64,000 nucleotides of DNA from an uncultured bacterium (GCA_964523975.1 CAZGBM010000002.1:1324-65323), one strand, 5' to 3'. Shown: positions 28,022 to 37,834, counted from the stretch's first letter. The notes: a model not told the origin generated them from the sequence alone. A program made the numbers and translations.

Positions 28022-29101
28022 ATGTTGTTTTCAGTAAATGCCGAAGATTTTATTAAAGAGTTTAAATCTGTAATTCAAATTGTACCTATCCACACAACTT
28101 TTCCTATACTATCTAATGTGCGGATAAAAATAGAAAAAGAAAAAATAAATATTTTTGCAACTGACCTTGATACTTCTTTGATGTATATTATGGATTTATG
28201 TAAAACAGAAAAAATAGGTGTTATTGTGGTTCCTGCGAAAACCCTATTCTCAATAATGGGAGAAATAAAGGGCGAAACGATTTTCCACAGGGAAGAAAAC
28301 AGAGTAAAGATTGAATATAAAAAAGGCTATTTTTACCTACCTTTAATGGAAGAGGAAGATTTTCCTTCCGAGCCCGTAATAACGGAAGACGAGACCTATG
28401 AGTTAAATACGGAAGAGATCAACGAAATTATAGATAAACTTGTTTTTATTGTTCCCGAGGATTCGGCTAAAAGAAAAATGAGTGGAATGCTATGGGATTA
28501 CGAAGATAAAAATCTGCGTCTTGTAGCAACAGATAGTTTTAGTCTTGGTTACAAAGACATTAAGGTCAATCTTGGAAATAAACCTTTTAAAGTGGTGGTT
28601 CCTCCAAAGATTCTAAGACAGTTAGCTACTTTTAACGTCAAGAAAATGAAAATCGGTGTTGATGAAAGCAGAATTTATTTCTTAGGAGATAAATTTACAT
28701 TAGTCTCAAATTTGATAAAAGTCGATTTCCCAAATTATAAGGCTGTAATATCGGAACAAAACGATAACTTTCTTACCCTGGACAGAGAATCTTTTCTTTC
28801 CTCTCTTAGACGGGTCTCTGTTTTTTCGAATGATAGACCCAAAACTATAAATTTGGATTTAGGAGATAACTTAAACATTGAAGTTTTCTCGGAAATAGGA
28901 GAAAGTAAGGAAGAGTTGGAGGGAGAGTATAAAGGTAAAAAAATAAATATAGCTCTTTCTTCCAATTATTTAATTGATTTTTTAAGAAAGATCAAATCTC
29001 CTAAAGTAATTTTAAGTTTTGAAGCCGAAAATAAACCTATTACAATAGAAGGAGAGAAAAAAGAAATATTTTATCTTTTAATGCCTATAACAATAGAATA
29101 A
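28022..29101 (+). CDS. dnaN: DNA polymerase III beta subunit (sliding clamp)
   Basis: 359 aa with three-domain clamp architecture. Lies immediately downstream of dnaA. Confidence 0.88.
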   Translation: MLFSVNAEDFIKEFKSVIQIVPIHTTFPILSNVRIKIEKEKINIFATDLDTSLMYIMDLCKTEKIGVIVVPAKTLFSIMGEIKGETIFHREENRVKIEYKKGYFYLPLMEEEDFPSEPVITEDETYELNTEEINEIIDKLVFIVPEDSAKRKMSGMLWDYEDKNLRLVATDSFSLGYKDIKVNLGNKPFKVVVPPKILRQLATFNVKKMKIGVDESRIYFLGDKFTLVSNLIKVDFPNYKAVISEQNDNFLTLDRESFLSSLRRVSVFSNDRPKTINLDLGDNLNIEVFSEIGESKEELEGEYKGKKINIALSSNYLIDFLRKIKSPKVILSFEAENKPITIEGEKKEIFYLLMPITIE

Positions 29102-29135
29102 TTCATTAAACAATAAAATTCTATTTAACATCTTA

Positions 29136-29327
29136 TTAAACAACTTTCTTAATTTTATTTGCTTTCAGGCATTTCGAACAAACGTATACTTTCTTGATTT
29201 CTTTATTAATTTCTGTTTTTATCCTATGCAGGTTAGGTTTATGTTTTCTTCTGGTTTTACGTTTAGAATGACTAATTAAATTACCAAAAAAAGCAATTTT
29301 TCCACATACGTAACATTTTCTTCCCAT
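29136..29327 (-). CDS. rpmB: 50S ribosomal protein L28
   Basis: Matches the L28 pattern MGRKCYVCGK...GNLISHSKRKTRRKHKPNL. Confidence 0.75.
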   Translation of the reverse strand: MGRKCYVCGKIAFFGNLISHSKRKTRRKHKPNLHRIKTEINKEIKKVYVCSKCLKANKIKKVV

Positions 29328-29449
29328 TATCACTCCTTTTTCCCGTTATAATAGAAGAAATATTAATTTTGTCAATGAATTTTTTGTATTAAATACCGCA
29401 AATTTAAACCATTGACTTTTCGTATTTTTGTTCTATACTTAAAAGAATA

Positions 29450-30055
29450 ATGAGAAAAGGAGGCAAAATGAACAAGTTTCTATTTGGAATTTTAGTATTA
29501 GTATTTTTAATTATCGGTTGTGCTTCCAGGGGTGTAACTAAAGTGGGTAATATTGAGCTACCCGATTGGTATCTAAATCCTCCAGAAGACCCAAATTATA
29601 TATTTGGCAAAGCTACTTCTACTTCACAGGATTTACAGTTGTCTATAGATAAAGCAAAACAGGAAGCAAGACTTGATATAGCCGAAAATCTTGAATCTCA
29701 TATTATGGGATTAATCAAAAAGTTCGACGAAGAAGTTGGAGGCGTTGAAGACGCAGAGCTTTTAACTCAATTTACCAAAGTTTCGAAAAATATTGTAGAT
29801 CAAACTCTTGTAGGTTCAAGAGAGAATAAAACCAAGGTAAAACAGGAAGGCAGTGGATATAGAGCTTTTGTGTTAATGGAACTTCCTATCGGAAAAGCCA
29901 GAGAAGAACTTTTAAAACAGCTGTCTTCAGATGAAAACATGCAGCTGTATACTCGTTTTAGAGCGTCTCAATCTTTTCAGGAGTTAAAAGAAGAGATTGA
30001 AAGTTTGAGAGAATACAAGGAAGAACAGCAAGAAGGTTTAAAAGAGTTTAAATAA
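29450..30055 (+). CDS. hypothetical lipoprotein (coiled-coil, LPP20-like)
   Basis: Signal peptide with a lipobox (LIIGCAS). Helical, charged C-terminal region. Confidence 0.45.
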   Translation: MRKGGKMNKFLFGILVLVFLIIGCASRGVTKVGNIELPDWYLNPPEDPNYIFGKATSTSQDLQLSIDKAKQEARLDIAENLESHIMGLIKKFDEEVGGVEDAELLTQFTKVSKNIVDQTLVGSRENKTKVKQEGSGYRAFVLMELPIGKAREELLKQLSSDENMQLYTRFRASQSFQELKEEIESLREYKEEQQEGLKEFK

Positions 30056-30242
30056 AAAGCTATATAAGCGGAAATATTTTTACCTCCTTGTTATTTTAAG
30101 TTTTTAATGGTTTTAGTTGAGCCCTGCAGTATTTAATGATATTGCAGGGTTTTTTATTTTAACAAAGATAAAATTTCTTCAAAAGCTGATTATATTCGTT
30201 AAGCCCTTGCAAAATTCGAATATTGTAGTATATTATAATAGG

Positions 30243-30857
30243 ATGATTTTTAAAGCAAAAGAGCGTAAAAATTATCGTCCTATATTAACAGTAGCGATCT
30301 TTATGTTTCTCCTAATACCCACACATTTTTTTTCTCCTACTACACAAATAAGGTGGCATAAAGGGTACGAAGAATTACGTCAACAGGCTTTATTATATGC
30401 CCGTTCCAGCGGCGTAAAAGGAGACAGTGAAATAATCAAAAAGGCTTATGATTATTCCGTTCGCTTCTGGATGAGATGGCCGGTAGTCGTTCGCTGGATT
30501 CAAACAGAGAGTGATTTTATACCAAGTGCGACAAGTAAAGTCAATGCGAAAGGACTTACTCAAGTGATGGCAGGAACGGCCGATTATCTTGGAGAAATAC
30601 TCTTGTATTCAGGGGCTGTTGGTTTAACTATAGAAGAAGAAGAAAAATTGGCTGAAAGTAAATACAATTTATACAAAGTAGAGGATAATCTTCTCTTTGG
30701 TTTTTCTTATCTTAAGTTTTTATCTATGTTTTCGAGTAATCCGGAAGAGGCTTTAGCAAGATATCTCGCAGGGCAGAGATGGGTTGATTTTTTGGACTCA
30801 AGGTACGTTCAAAAGATTTCGGATGGTAAACCCATAATTCTGGATGCTGCTTTATAG
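30243..30857 (+). CDS. lytic transglycosylase (SLT domain) protein
   Basis: The GLTQVMAGTADYLG block resembles the SLT motif GLMQVMPxTA. N-terminal TM/signal segment. Start taken at the internal Met; the ORF track begins at 30117. Confidence 0.55.
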   Translation: MIFKAKERKNYRPILTVAIFMFLLIPTHFFSPTTQIRWHKGYEELRQQALLYARSSGVKGDSEIIKKAYDYSVRFWMRWPVVVRWIQTESDFIPSATSKVNAKGLTQVMAGTADYLGEILLYSGAVGLTIEEEEKLAESKYNLYKVEDNLLFGFSYLKFLSMFSSNPEEALARYLAGQRWVDFLDSRYVQKISDGKPIILDAAL

Positions 30858-31472
30858 CATTTTAACGATAATTTCCATTGCTGCACCCGATATCAGAGGA
30901 AGAGTAAAATTATCGTCTATCCCAAAGGGAAAAAACTCAACTAGAGAGGCAACAACCGAACCAATAAAGAGAACAATTAACTCAGGTTGAGGAAGAAAAG
31001 AAGAGATACTCAAACATATCACGAGACATGCTAAACTTCCTTCCACCGTTTTTTCCGTATCGAGTCTAATCTTGCCCCACTTCACACCTATAATATGCGC
31101 AGCGGTGTCTCCAAACGACAGGAAAAGCAAAACTGCAACGGCTATCCATTTGTCGAAAAAATAAACGGAGAGAAAAGCAGCGGCAACGTAATGAGTGGCA
31201 GCCGTCAGAGTTTCCTTTTCTTTTTTCCAGAGCAGTTTTCCGAAATAATGATTAAAAAATTTACCGAAGGGTTTGACCTCCAGGCGCACAAAATCTATTA
31301 GCAGTGCTAGAAAACCTAAAATAGTAAGAGTTATCACCATCGTAAATCTGGGCATAAAAACGTAGGAAATCGGAATCGCAGCCGTTAACACATGTAACGA
31401 CTTTCGTATGATAACGTATTTCGTCAGAGTTCTCATATTTTTAGAAGTTAATAGAATAAATATTAAAGTCAA
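30852..31472 (-). CDS. CTP-transferase-1 family membrane protein (CdsA/dolichol-kinase-like)
   Basis: Multi-TM protein with the C-terminal motif GDTAAHIIGVKWGKIRLDTEKTVEGSLA, matching the CdsA-family signature SDxxAYxxGxxxGK...KTxEG. Confidence 0.5.
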   Translation of the reverse strand: MTLIFILLTSKNMRTLTKYVIIRKSLHVLTAAIPISYVFMPRFTMVITLTILGFLALLIDFVRLEVKPFGKFFNHYFGKLLWKKEKETLTAATHYVAAAFLSVYFFDKWIAVAVLLFLSFGDTAAHIIGVKWGKIRLDTEKTVEGSLACLVICLSISSFLPQPELIVLFIGSVVASLVEFFPFGIDDNFTLPLISGAAMEIIVKML

Positions 31473-31721
31473 GTTTTTTCGTAGATAGAAAACAATATTT
31501 GATTAAATCAGATAAAAATTTTTATTTTTTTTAAAAAATTACTCAAACAGCCCTTGACTTATCAAAATGATTTTTTATTATAATTATATACATAAAAAAT
31601 GGAGAGAGACAGGTTTTTTATATTAAGTGTTAATGTTATAGGGTTTTTTCGGTATTCGGAAAAAGTGAAGACTTCATATCTCTGGTAAAAGAATGAATTA
31701 TTATTTAAAGGAGGGTAATTA

Positions 31722-33842
31722 ATGGAATGGCTTATTAGGAAAAGGTCAGGGAAAGTTGTTCCTTATAACAAAAAGAATATAAGCGTTGCTATTTCCAAAG
31801 CGTTAAAAGCAATAGGAGCGAAGGAAGACGCCAACGCTATAACCAATCAGGTTGAAACTTCCCTTTACATGAATTTTTTCCGAATCGGCAATATCCCAAC
31901 AGTAGAAGAAATTCAGAACTATGTAGAAGAAACTCTGATGCTGAGGAAGCTACCGGATGTAGCGAGAGCTTATATCCTTTACCGCGAAAAGAGAAATGAA
32001 GCTCGTAAGGTAGAAGATGTTTTCAGGGATGTTGAAGGGATAATGGGAAAATACTTAAAGAAAGAAGACTGGAGAGTTCAGGAAAATTCAAATATGAATT
32101 TTTCTCTCCAGGGATTGAATTTTTATGTTTCTTCTTCTGTTACCGCCCGGTACTGGTTAGGCAAGATTTATAGTCCCAGAATCAGAGAAGCTCACAGTAG
32201 CGGCGATTTTCATATTCACGATCTTGGCATACTCGGTCCTTATTGCGTTGGGTGGGACCTCCTGGATCTCTTAAGAGAGGGATTCAGAGGCATGAGCGGG
32301 AAAGTCGAATCTTCTCCTGCGAAACACTTAAGGAGTGCGCTTGGGCAGGTGGTTAACTTTATATATACTCTTCAGGGTGAGGCAGCAGGGGCGCAGGCTT
32401 TTTCTAACTTTGATACGCTCCTGGCTCCTTTTGTTAAGTTTGACGAATTATCTTATAAGGATACGAAGCAAGCTTTACAGGAATTTTTATTTAATATAAA
32501 TGTTCCTACCAGAGTTGGGTTCCAGACGCCTTTTTCTAATGTTACTCTGGATCTCAAAGTTCCGAAGAGTTTTAAGGACAGAAAAGTTATAGTGGGAGGA
32601 AGAGAACAAAACGCAACTTACGGCGATTTTCAGAAAGAAATGAACATGATAAATAAAGCTTTCGCGGAATTAATGATGGAGGGTGATGCAAAAGGAAGAA
32701 TTTTTACTTTCCCTATTCCCACATATAATATAACAAAAGATTTCGAATGGGAGAATGAGGATCTTATACCGGTATGGGAAATGACCGGAAAGTATGGAAT
32801 CCCTTACTTTAGTAATTTCGTTTCATCGGATATGGAACCTGAAGATGCAAGAAGTATGTGCTGTAGACTTCGTCTCGATAAGAGAGAATTAAGAAAGAGA
32901 GGAGGAGGGCTTTTCGGCTCCAATCCTCTTACTGGTAGTATAGGTGTAGTAACAATAAATATTCCAAGGGTAGCATACCTTTCTGGTGATGAGGAAGAAT
33001 TTTTTGATCGCCTTTCCAATATTATGGAAACAGCGAAGGAGTCGTTAGAGCTGAAGCGAAAAATTGTAGAGGATTTTACAAAAGAAGGATTGTATCCTTA
33101 TACAAGATACTACTTACGAGAGATAAAAAAAGCTATAGGGGCTTACTGGGCAAATCATTTCTCCACGATAGGGTTGATTGGGATGAATGAAGCCTGTGTA
33201 AATATGTTCGGGAAAGGGCTTTTGACTCCCGAGGGAAGTGAATGGGCGCGGAAAGTGCTTGAGTTTATGTTAGAGAAAATTTCAGAATTTCAGGAAGAGA
33301 CGGGAAACCTTTATAATCTCGAAGCGTCACCAGCGGAGAGTGCTTCATACCGCCTTGCGAGGGCTGATAAGGAAAGATTCCCGGATATTTATACAAAGGG
33401 CAAAGCCTATCCGTATTACACGAATTCCGTACATCCTCCTGTTGACGAAGTGGAAGATGCCTTTAGTCTTCTTGAGCATCAGGATCCGTTACAGGTTTTA
33501 TTTACGGGAGGAACAGTCGTTCATATCTTTTTGGGAGAATCTATTGAAGATTGGAGGATGGTAAGAGACCTTACCAGAAAAATAGTAGAGAGATTTTCTC
33601 TGCCTTACTTCAGCTTCACTCCGACTTTCTCAATATGTCCTGTGCATGGTTACATAAAGGGAGAGCATTTTTATTGTCCGTATCCTCACACAGAAGAAGA
33701 GTTGGAAGAATTTGGCGATGTTGCGGAACTAAACAGAAAGCAACTTACGGAAATGCAGAAAGGTTCTTACAAAAAACTTAAAGAAGAAAACAAGGAAAAA
33801 GACAAGAAAGAATTGAAAGTATTTTTAAACAAAGCAAAATAA
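31722..33842 (+). CDS. nrdD: anaerobic ribonucleoside-triphosphate reductase NrdD, lacking glycyl-radical domain
   Basis: N-terminal ATP-cone (VVPYNKKNISVAISKAL) and a class III RNR core. The C-terminal Zn ribbon reads CPVHGY...HFYCP. The ORF stops before any RxxGY glycyl-radical motif. nrdG follows. Confidence 0.8.
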   Translation: MEWLIRKRSGKVVPYNKKNISVAISKALKAIGAKEDANAITNQVETSLYMNFFRIGNIPTVEEIQNYVEETLMLRKLPDVARAYILYREKRNEARKVEDVFRDVEGIMGKYLKKEDWRVQENSNMNFSLQGLNFYVSSSVTARYWLGKIYSPRIREAHSSGDFHIHDLGILGPYCVGWDLLDLLREGFRGMSGKVESSPAKHLRSALGQVVNFIYTLQGEAAGAQAFSNFDTLLAPFVKFDELSYKDTKQALQEFLFNINVPTRVGFQTPFSNVTLDLKVPKSFKDRKVIVGGREQNATYGDFQKEMNMINKAFAELMMEGDAKGRIFTFPIPTYNITKDFEWENEDLIPVWEMTGKYGIPYFSNFVSSDMEPEDARSMCCRLRLDKRELRKRGGGLFGSNPLTGSIGVVTINIPRVAYLSGDEEEFFDRLSNIMETAKESLELKRKIVEDFTKEGLYPYTRYYLREIKKAIGAYWANHFSTIGLIGMNEACVNMFGKGLLTPEGSEWARKVLEFMLEKISEFQEETGNLYNLEASPAESASYRLARADKERFPDIYTKGKAYPYYTNSVHPPVDEVEDAFSLLEHQDPLQVLFTGGTVVHIFLGESIEDWRMVRDLTRKIVERFSLPYFSFTPTFSICPVHGYIKGEHFYCPYPHTEEELEEFGDVAELNRKQLTEMQKGSYKKLKEENKEKDKKELKVFLNKAK

Positions 33843-33858
33843 GGTAAAAGGAGTTATT

Positions 33859-34035
33859 TTGATAGAAGAATTGAAAAAAAACGAAATTGACCTTAAAGAA
33901 AAAGTAATGACCGTGAAAACCGAAGTTTATTCGAGAGTAGTTGGTTACTATAGACCGATTCAAGATTGGAACGAAGGCAAGAGAGAAGAATTTAAAGAGA
34001 GAAGATATTTGAAAATAGAAGAAGAAAAAGAGTAG
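33859..34035 (+). CDS. stand-alone NrdD glycyl-radical domain (58 codons from TTG; 42 from ATG at 33907)
   Basis: Translation gives ...MTVKTEVYSRVVGYYRPIQDWNEGKREEFKERRYLKIEEEKE*. This matches the NrdD C-terminal radical motif RV(V/C)GY...WNxGKxxEFxxR. An AGGAG RBS lies 6 nt upstream of the TTG. Not in the ORF track because it is under 60 aa. Confidence 0.6.
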   Translation: MIEELKKNEIDLKEKVMTVKTEVYSRVVGYYRPIQDWNEGKREEFKERRYLKIEEEKE

Positions 34036-34725
34036 GTGATCAAGTCTTTTTTAGGCAGCAGCATAATAGAGTACCCCGGTAAAATCTCATCAGTAGTTTT
34101 TATAGGTGGATGTAATTTGAGATGCCCTTTTTGTTATAATCCCGATCTAGTTTTACCTGAACTTGTAGAGAAACTGTCTGATATTTCTGAAGATGAAGTT
34201 ATAAAAAAACTGAAAGAAAGAAAAGGGTTTATCGACGGAGTATCTTTTACGGGAGGAGAACCACTTCTTGCACCTGGACTTATGTCTTTTCTTAAAAGAG
34301 TTAAAGACGAGATAGGAATTAAAGTAAAAATCGATACGAATGGAACTTTACCCGACAGATTGAAAACTGCGCTGCCTTTTATTGATTATATATCGATGGA
34401 TATAAAATCTTCGCCGGAGAAATATCCTGTTGCTACCGGAAATAATACAGAATTTAAAAAAGTGGAAGAAAGTATTGAAATAATAAAAGGTATTGAAAAT
34501 TATGAATTCAGAACTACAATGGTGCCCGGTATTGTGGATAAGGATGATATTAAAAAAATATGTGAAAAGATTGGTCCCGTGAGAAAATATGTACTTCAGG
34601 GTTTTAAAAACAGAAAAACTCTTTCTCCGGAATTTTCGGGAAAATCACCTTACCTAAAGAAATATTTGAAAGAAGCTTCTCTGGATTTAAAAGAGTGTGC
34701 CGGTATAGTCGAGATTCGAGAATAA
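34036..34725 (+). CDS. nrdG: anaerobic ribonucleotide reductase activating protein (radical SAM)
   Basis: Radical-SAM cluster motif GGCNLRCPFCYN. Sits downstream of nrdD. Confidence 0.85.
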   Translation: MIKSFLGSSIIEYPGKISSVVFIGGCNLRCPFCYNPDLVLPELVEKLSDISEDEVIKKLKERKGFIDGVSFTGGEPLLAPGLMSFLKRVKDEIGIKVKIDTNGTLPDRLKTALPFIDYISMDIKSSPEKYPVATGNNTEFKKVEESIEIIKGIENYEFRTTMVPGIVDKDDIKKICEKIGPVRKYVLQGFKNRKTLSPEFSGKSPYLKKYLKEASLDLKECAGIVEIRE

Positions 34726-34745
34726 ATATCGTACCCTATCGCTCG

Positions 34746-34792
34746 CCCCGTGGAATAGAAGAAACTACCTGATGAACTCCTATTCCACGGGG
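34746..34792 (+). terminator. 13-bp perfect hairpin downstream of nrdG (possible terminator/structured element)
   Basis: CCCCGTGGAATAG - 21 nt - CTATTCCACGGGG. No clean T-tract follows. Confidence 0.35.
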
Positions 34793-34872
34793 CAAGCAAA
34801 GCCGCTAAAAAGTAAAGATCAAATATCAAAATGTAAAATTACAGATCAAAATTCAAAAATGAATAAAAAAGA

Positions 34873-34990
34873 AACAACAAATCACACGAATAGCACAAAT
34901 ATTAACAAAACAGACATTATTTTCTATATTAATAAAAATGATTATTCTTGATTTATTTGTGAAATTTGTGCAATTTGTTGTTAAAAAATG
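34873..34990. repeat. intergenic inverted-repeat element (copy A of a dispersed family)
   Basis: AACAACAAATCACACGAATAGCACAAATATT ... tattaataaaaatgatt ... ATTTGTGAAATTTGTGCAATTTGTTGTT. Near-identical internal sequence to copy B at 52551-52668. Confidence 0.6.
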
Positions 34991-35082
34991 GGTTGTTGGG
35001 TGAAAAACAATAAAAACTCTGTGCTCTCTGTGGTAAAAAATTTCTGGAGTGGTGGGTATATGGGCTCTGTGTTTTTTTGTCT

Positions 35083-35499
35083 TTAATTTTTAGTTTTTTT
35101 TATACTTACAATTTCCGGTAAAAGAGAACCACTCTTTAATATTTTTTTATCGACAAATAAGAATATAAGAAAGTATAAAAACATAAGTCCCATACCCAAT
35201 AAAAAACCAGCAAGGTCTGTACTCCAGATTTTCTTTCCCAGGAGCACTCCTCCTATAAGAAAAAAAAGAGGGAGACCAAAATTTAAAAAGGTGGCTATAA
35301 AAAAGTTTCTTTTTTTTGTCCCAATCTGCACAATATCTCCTTCTTCTGCACCTTTTTCGTTTTTGCAAACTAATTCTCTTCCATTTTTGTCTATACGACA
35401 AAAGTTGGAAAATTCGCAGGAATCACAGTTGTCCGGAAGGGCTATAAGTACAGTTGCTCTATTTTTATTTGTTTTGATAACTTTTCCTGTTTCTTTCAT
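35083..35499 (-). CDS. RseC/MucC family (SoxR-reducing system) membrane protein
   Basis: N-terminal Cys cluster CDSCEFSNFC followed by two TM helices. The topology is typical of PF04246. Confidence 0.55.
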   Translation of the reverse strand: MKETGKVIKTNKNRATVLIALPDNCDSCEFSNFCRIDKNGRELVCKNEKGAEEGDIVQIGTKKRNFFIATFLNFGLPLFFLIGGVLLGKKIWSTDLAGFLLGMGLMFLYFLIFLFVDKKILKSGSLLPEIVSIKKTKN

Positions 35500-35718
35500 A
35501 GAATTTTTCCCACAAGAGATATTGGGCTATCCGCTTTCCGCTAAACCCAACCCCACAAACCATTTTTCAACATGTAGAAAATGTAGAACCTGTAGTTTTT
35601 TGTTTTTAATTCTATATAGACTACATGACCTACATGTGTAAACTTTTTTGTTTTCTCTGCGGTTAGCAGTGAGAGGTAAGCCGGAAGCGGTTTATTACCT
35701 GCCCACTATTTTCCAATT

Positions 35719-36639
35719 TCATTCAAACAATTCCGTGCTGAGGTAACGCTCTCCTGTATCGGGTAAGATTACAACCACCTTTTTTTCTTTAGGCAAATCT
35801 TTTGCGACTTTTAAAGCAGCCCAGACCGCAGCACCGGATGAAATTCCGGCGAAGATGCCTTCTTCTTTAGCAAGGCGTCTTGTAGTTAGAAAAGCGTCTT
35901 CATCTCTGACGGTTATAATTTCATCTATTGTTTTCTTATTTAAAACTTCGGGGATAAAGCCTGCGCCTATGCCCTGGATTTTGTGGGAGCCAGGATTACC
36001 TCCCGAGAGCACAGGAGAATCTTCCGGCTCCACAGCGACGATGAGAATTTTTCTGTCTTTGATTTCTTTCTTAAGAACTTCACCAACACCGGTTATGGTA
36101 CCGCCTGTTCCTACACCTGCGACGAAAACATCTATTTCGGGAACTTGTTTTAGAATCTCTTGGGCAGTTGTTTCTCTATGCGTTTCAGGATTTGCCGGAT
36201 TGGTGAATTGTCCGGGGCAAAAATATCCTTTTTTTTCTGTTAAATCTTTCGCTTTCTCGACTGCACCCTTCATCCCTTTTTCCCCTGGAGTCAAAAGAAC
36301 TTCGGCTCCAAGAGCTTTTAATATCTTTATTCTTTCTTTACTCATCGAATCAGGCATAACCAAAATTAACCTGTAACCTTTAACAGTTGATACATAAGCA
36401 AGTCCGATACCTGTGTTGCCGCTTGTAGATTCAATCAGCGTATCTCCAGGATTTATTTTTCCTTTCTTTTCTGCTTTTTCAATCATGTGGAGGGCTATTC
36501 TGTCTTTGATGGACCCGAGGGGATTAAAGAACTCAAGTTTGCAATAAATTTCGGCAGAGTTTTTGCCTGGGATGTTGTTCAACTTAACAACTGGTGTGTC
36601 GCCGATCAGTTCCAGAATATTGTTTGCGACTTTAGCCAT
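35719..36639 (-). CDS. cysK: cysteine synthase A (O-acetylserine sulfhydrylase)
   Basis: PLP lysine motif NPLGSIKDR and the [10 protein letters not shown] region. Length 306 aa. Confidence 0.88.
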   Translation of the reverse strand: MAKVANNILELIGDTPVVKLNNIPGKNSAEIYCKLEFFNPLGSIKDRIALHMIEKAEKKGKINPGDTLIESTSGNTGIGLAYVSTVKGYRLILVMPDSMSKERIKILKALGAEVLLTPGEKGMKGAVEKAKDLTEKKGYFCPGQFTNPANPETHRETTAQEILKQVPEIDVFVAGVGTGGTITGVGEVLKKEIKDRKILIVAVEPEDSPVLSGGNPGSHKIQGIGAGFIPEVLNKKTIDEIITVRDEDAFLTTRRLAKEEGIFAGISSGAAVWAALKVAKDLPKEKKVVVILPDTGERYLSTELFE

Positions 36640-37509
36640 TTATTCCCTTTTTCTTTTTTCCAAGCGGGGATGCTCGGCAACAAAGACCGACGTATAGTCA
36701 GGAATATTTTCGGTAATCCAGGAATTGGCTCCGATGTTCACATGATTGCCGATTTTTACGGGTCCCAGGATTTTGGCGCCTGCTCCGATTACAATATGAT
36801 TGCCTATATCAGGATGCCTTTTGTAACCCTTTTTAACCTTTTCTTCTCCGTTTTTTTCGAAGTGAAGAACTCCGAGAGTAACATCCTGATAGATACGCAC
36901 CCAGTCTCCGATTACAGAAGTTTCGCCAATTACCACACCTGTACCGTGGTCTATAAAAAAGAAATTGCCGATTTTTGCTCCGGGGTGGATATCGATTCCG
37001 GTTTCACAATGAATGACTTCGGAAAGCTCCCGGGCGTATCCGCCCGCTCCTAACGAATACAAAAGATTGGATATCCGATGAATTTCAATAGCGAGAAAAC
37101 CTGGATAGGAACGTATAATTTCAGTATAGGTTCTGGCAGCAGGGTCTCCTAAATAAGCAGCTTTGACATCCCTTTTTAGTTGCTCTCTTATGCGTCCTAA
37201 ATTTTCTAAGACCTTACCGACAGTTTTGTCTACTTCTTTTTTGTTTTCGATGTAAGGGCTTATTCCCTCAGAAAAGAGCTTGCCCAAGTCTTCAATTTTC
37301 GAAGCAAGCTCCTTGACGTTTTCTTTCTTTGCAAGGTAGCCGCAATTCCAGTATTTTGGGAAGAGCACCTGCTTTATCAAGTTTATCTCTTCAAAAGTAT
37401 AGTACCTTGAGGAGAAGTTTTTGGTTAGCGATGTAATAAAAGGAGTCTTATCTTTACTGTAAGATAAAAACAGATTTTTGCTCGCTTTACTGCCCCTTTT
37501 TAAACTCAT
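36640..37509 (-). CDS. cysE: serine O-acetyltransferase
   Basis: SAT N-terminal domain plus left-handed beta-helix hexapeptide repeats (DIHPGAKIGNFFFIDHGTGVVIGE). Adjacent to cysK. Confidence 0.85.
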   Translation of the reverse strand: MSLKRGSKASKNLFLSYSKDKTPFITSLTKNFSSRYYTFEEINLIKQVLFPKYWNCGYLAKKENVKELASKIEDLGKLFSEGISPYIENKKEVDKTVGKVLENLGRIREQLKRDVKAAYLGDPAARTYTEIIRSYPGFLAIEIHRISNLLYSLGAGGYARELSEVIHCETGIDIHPGAKIGNFFFIDHGTGVVIGETSVIGDWVRIYQDVTLGVLHFEKNGEEKVKKGYKRHPDIGNHIVIGAGAKILGPVKIGNHVNIGANSWITENIPDYTSVFVAEHPRLEKRKRE

Positions 37510-37834
37510 ACCATAACCCCTATAACATATAAATAAACATTCTTAATTGTCAAGACTCTAAACACTCTCACCAAAGCCACCAACCGGAATTTTAACCTTG
37601 CAGAAAGCATGTATATGATTACCAAACACTTAGTTTTGCAAACAGATGTTTTGGAGTTTGCGAATGATTTATTATAATAAAAACATGCTTGACAGAAGGG
37701 TTGTTTTTTATTACAATGAAGACATAAGGCGACGATAGCGTGTTTATAAAGAATGTGTTTTGACATAAGAAAAGTTTTTTGTATTCCGGAAAAGGGAAAA
37801 AGATGATAAGCAAAATTAATTCAAGGGGGTTTAA

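Noticed and set aside
31553-31585. NrdR box upstream of nrdD
   Set aside because: There is a plausible TTGACT...TATAAT promoter, but no clear match to the NrdR palindrome (acaCwAtATaTwGtgt) could be identified by eye.
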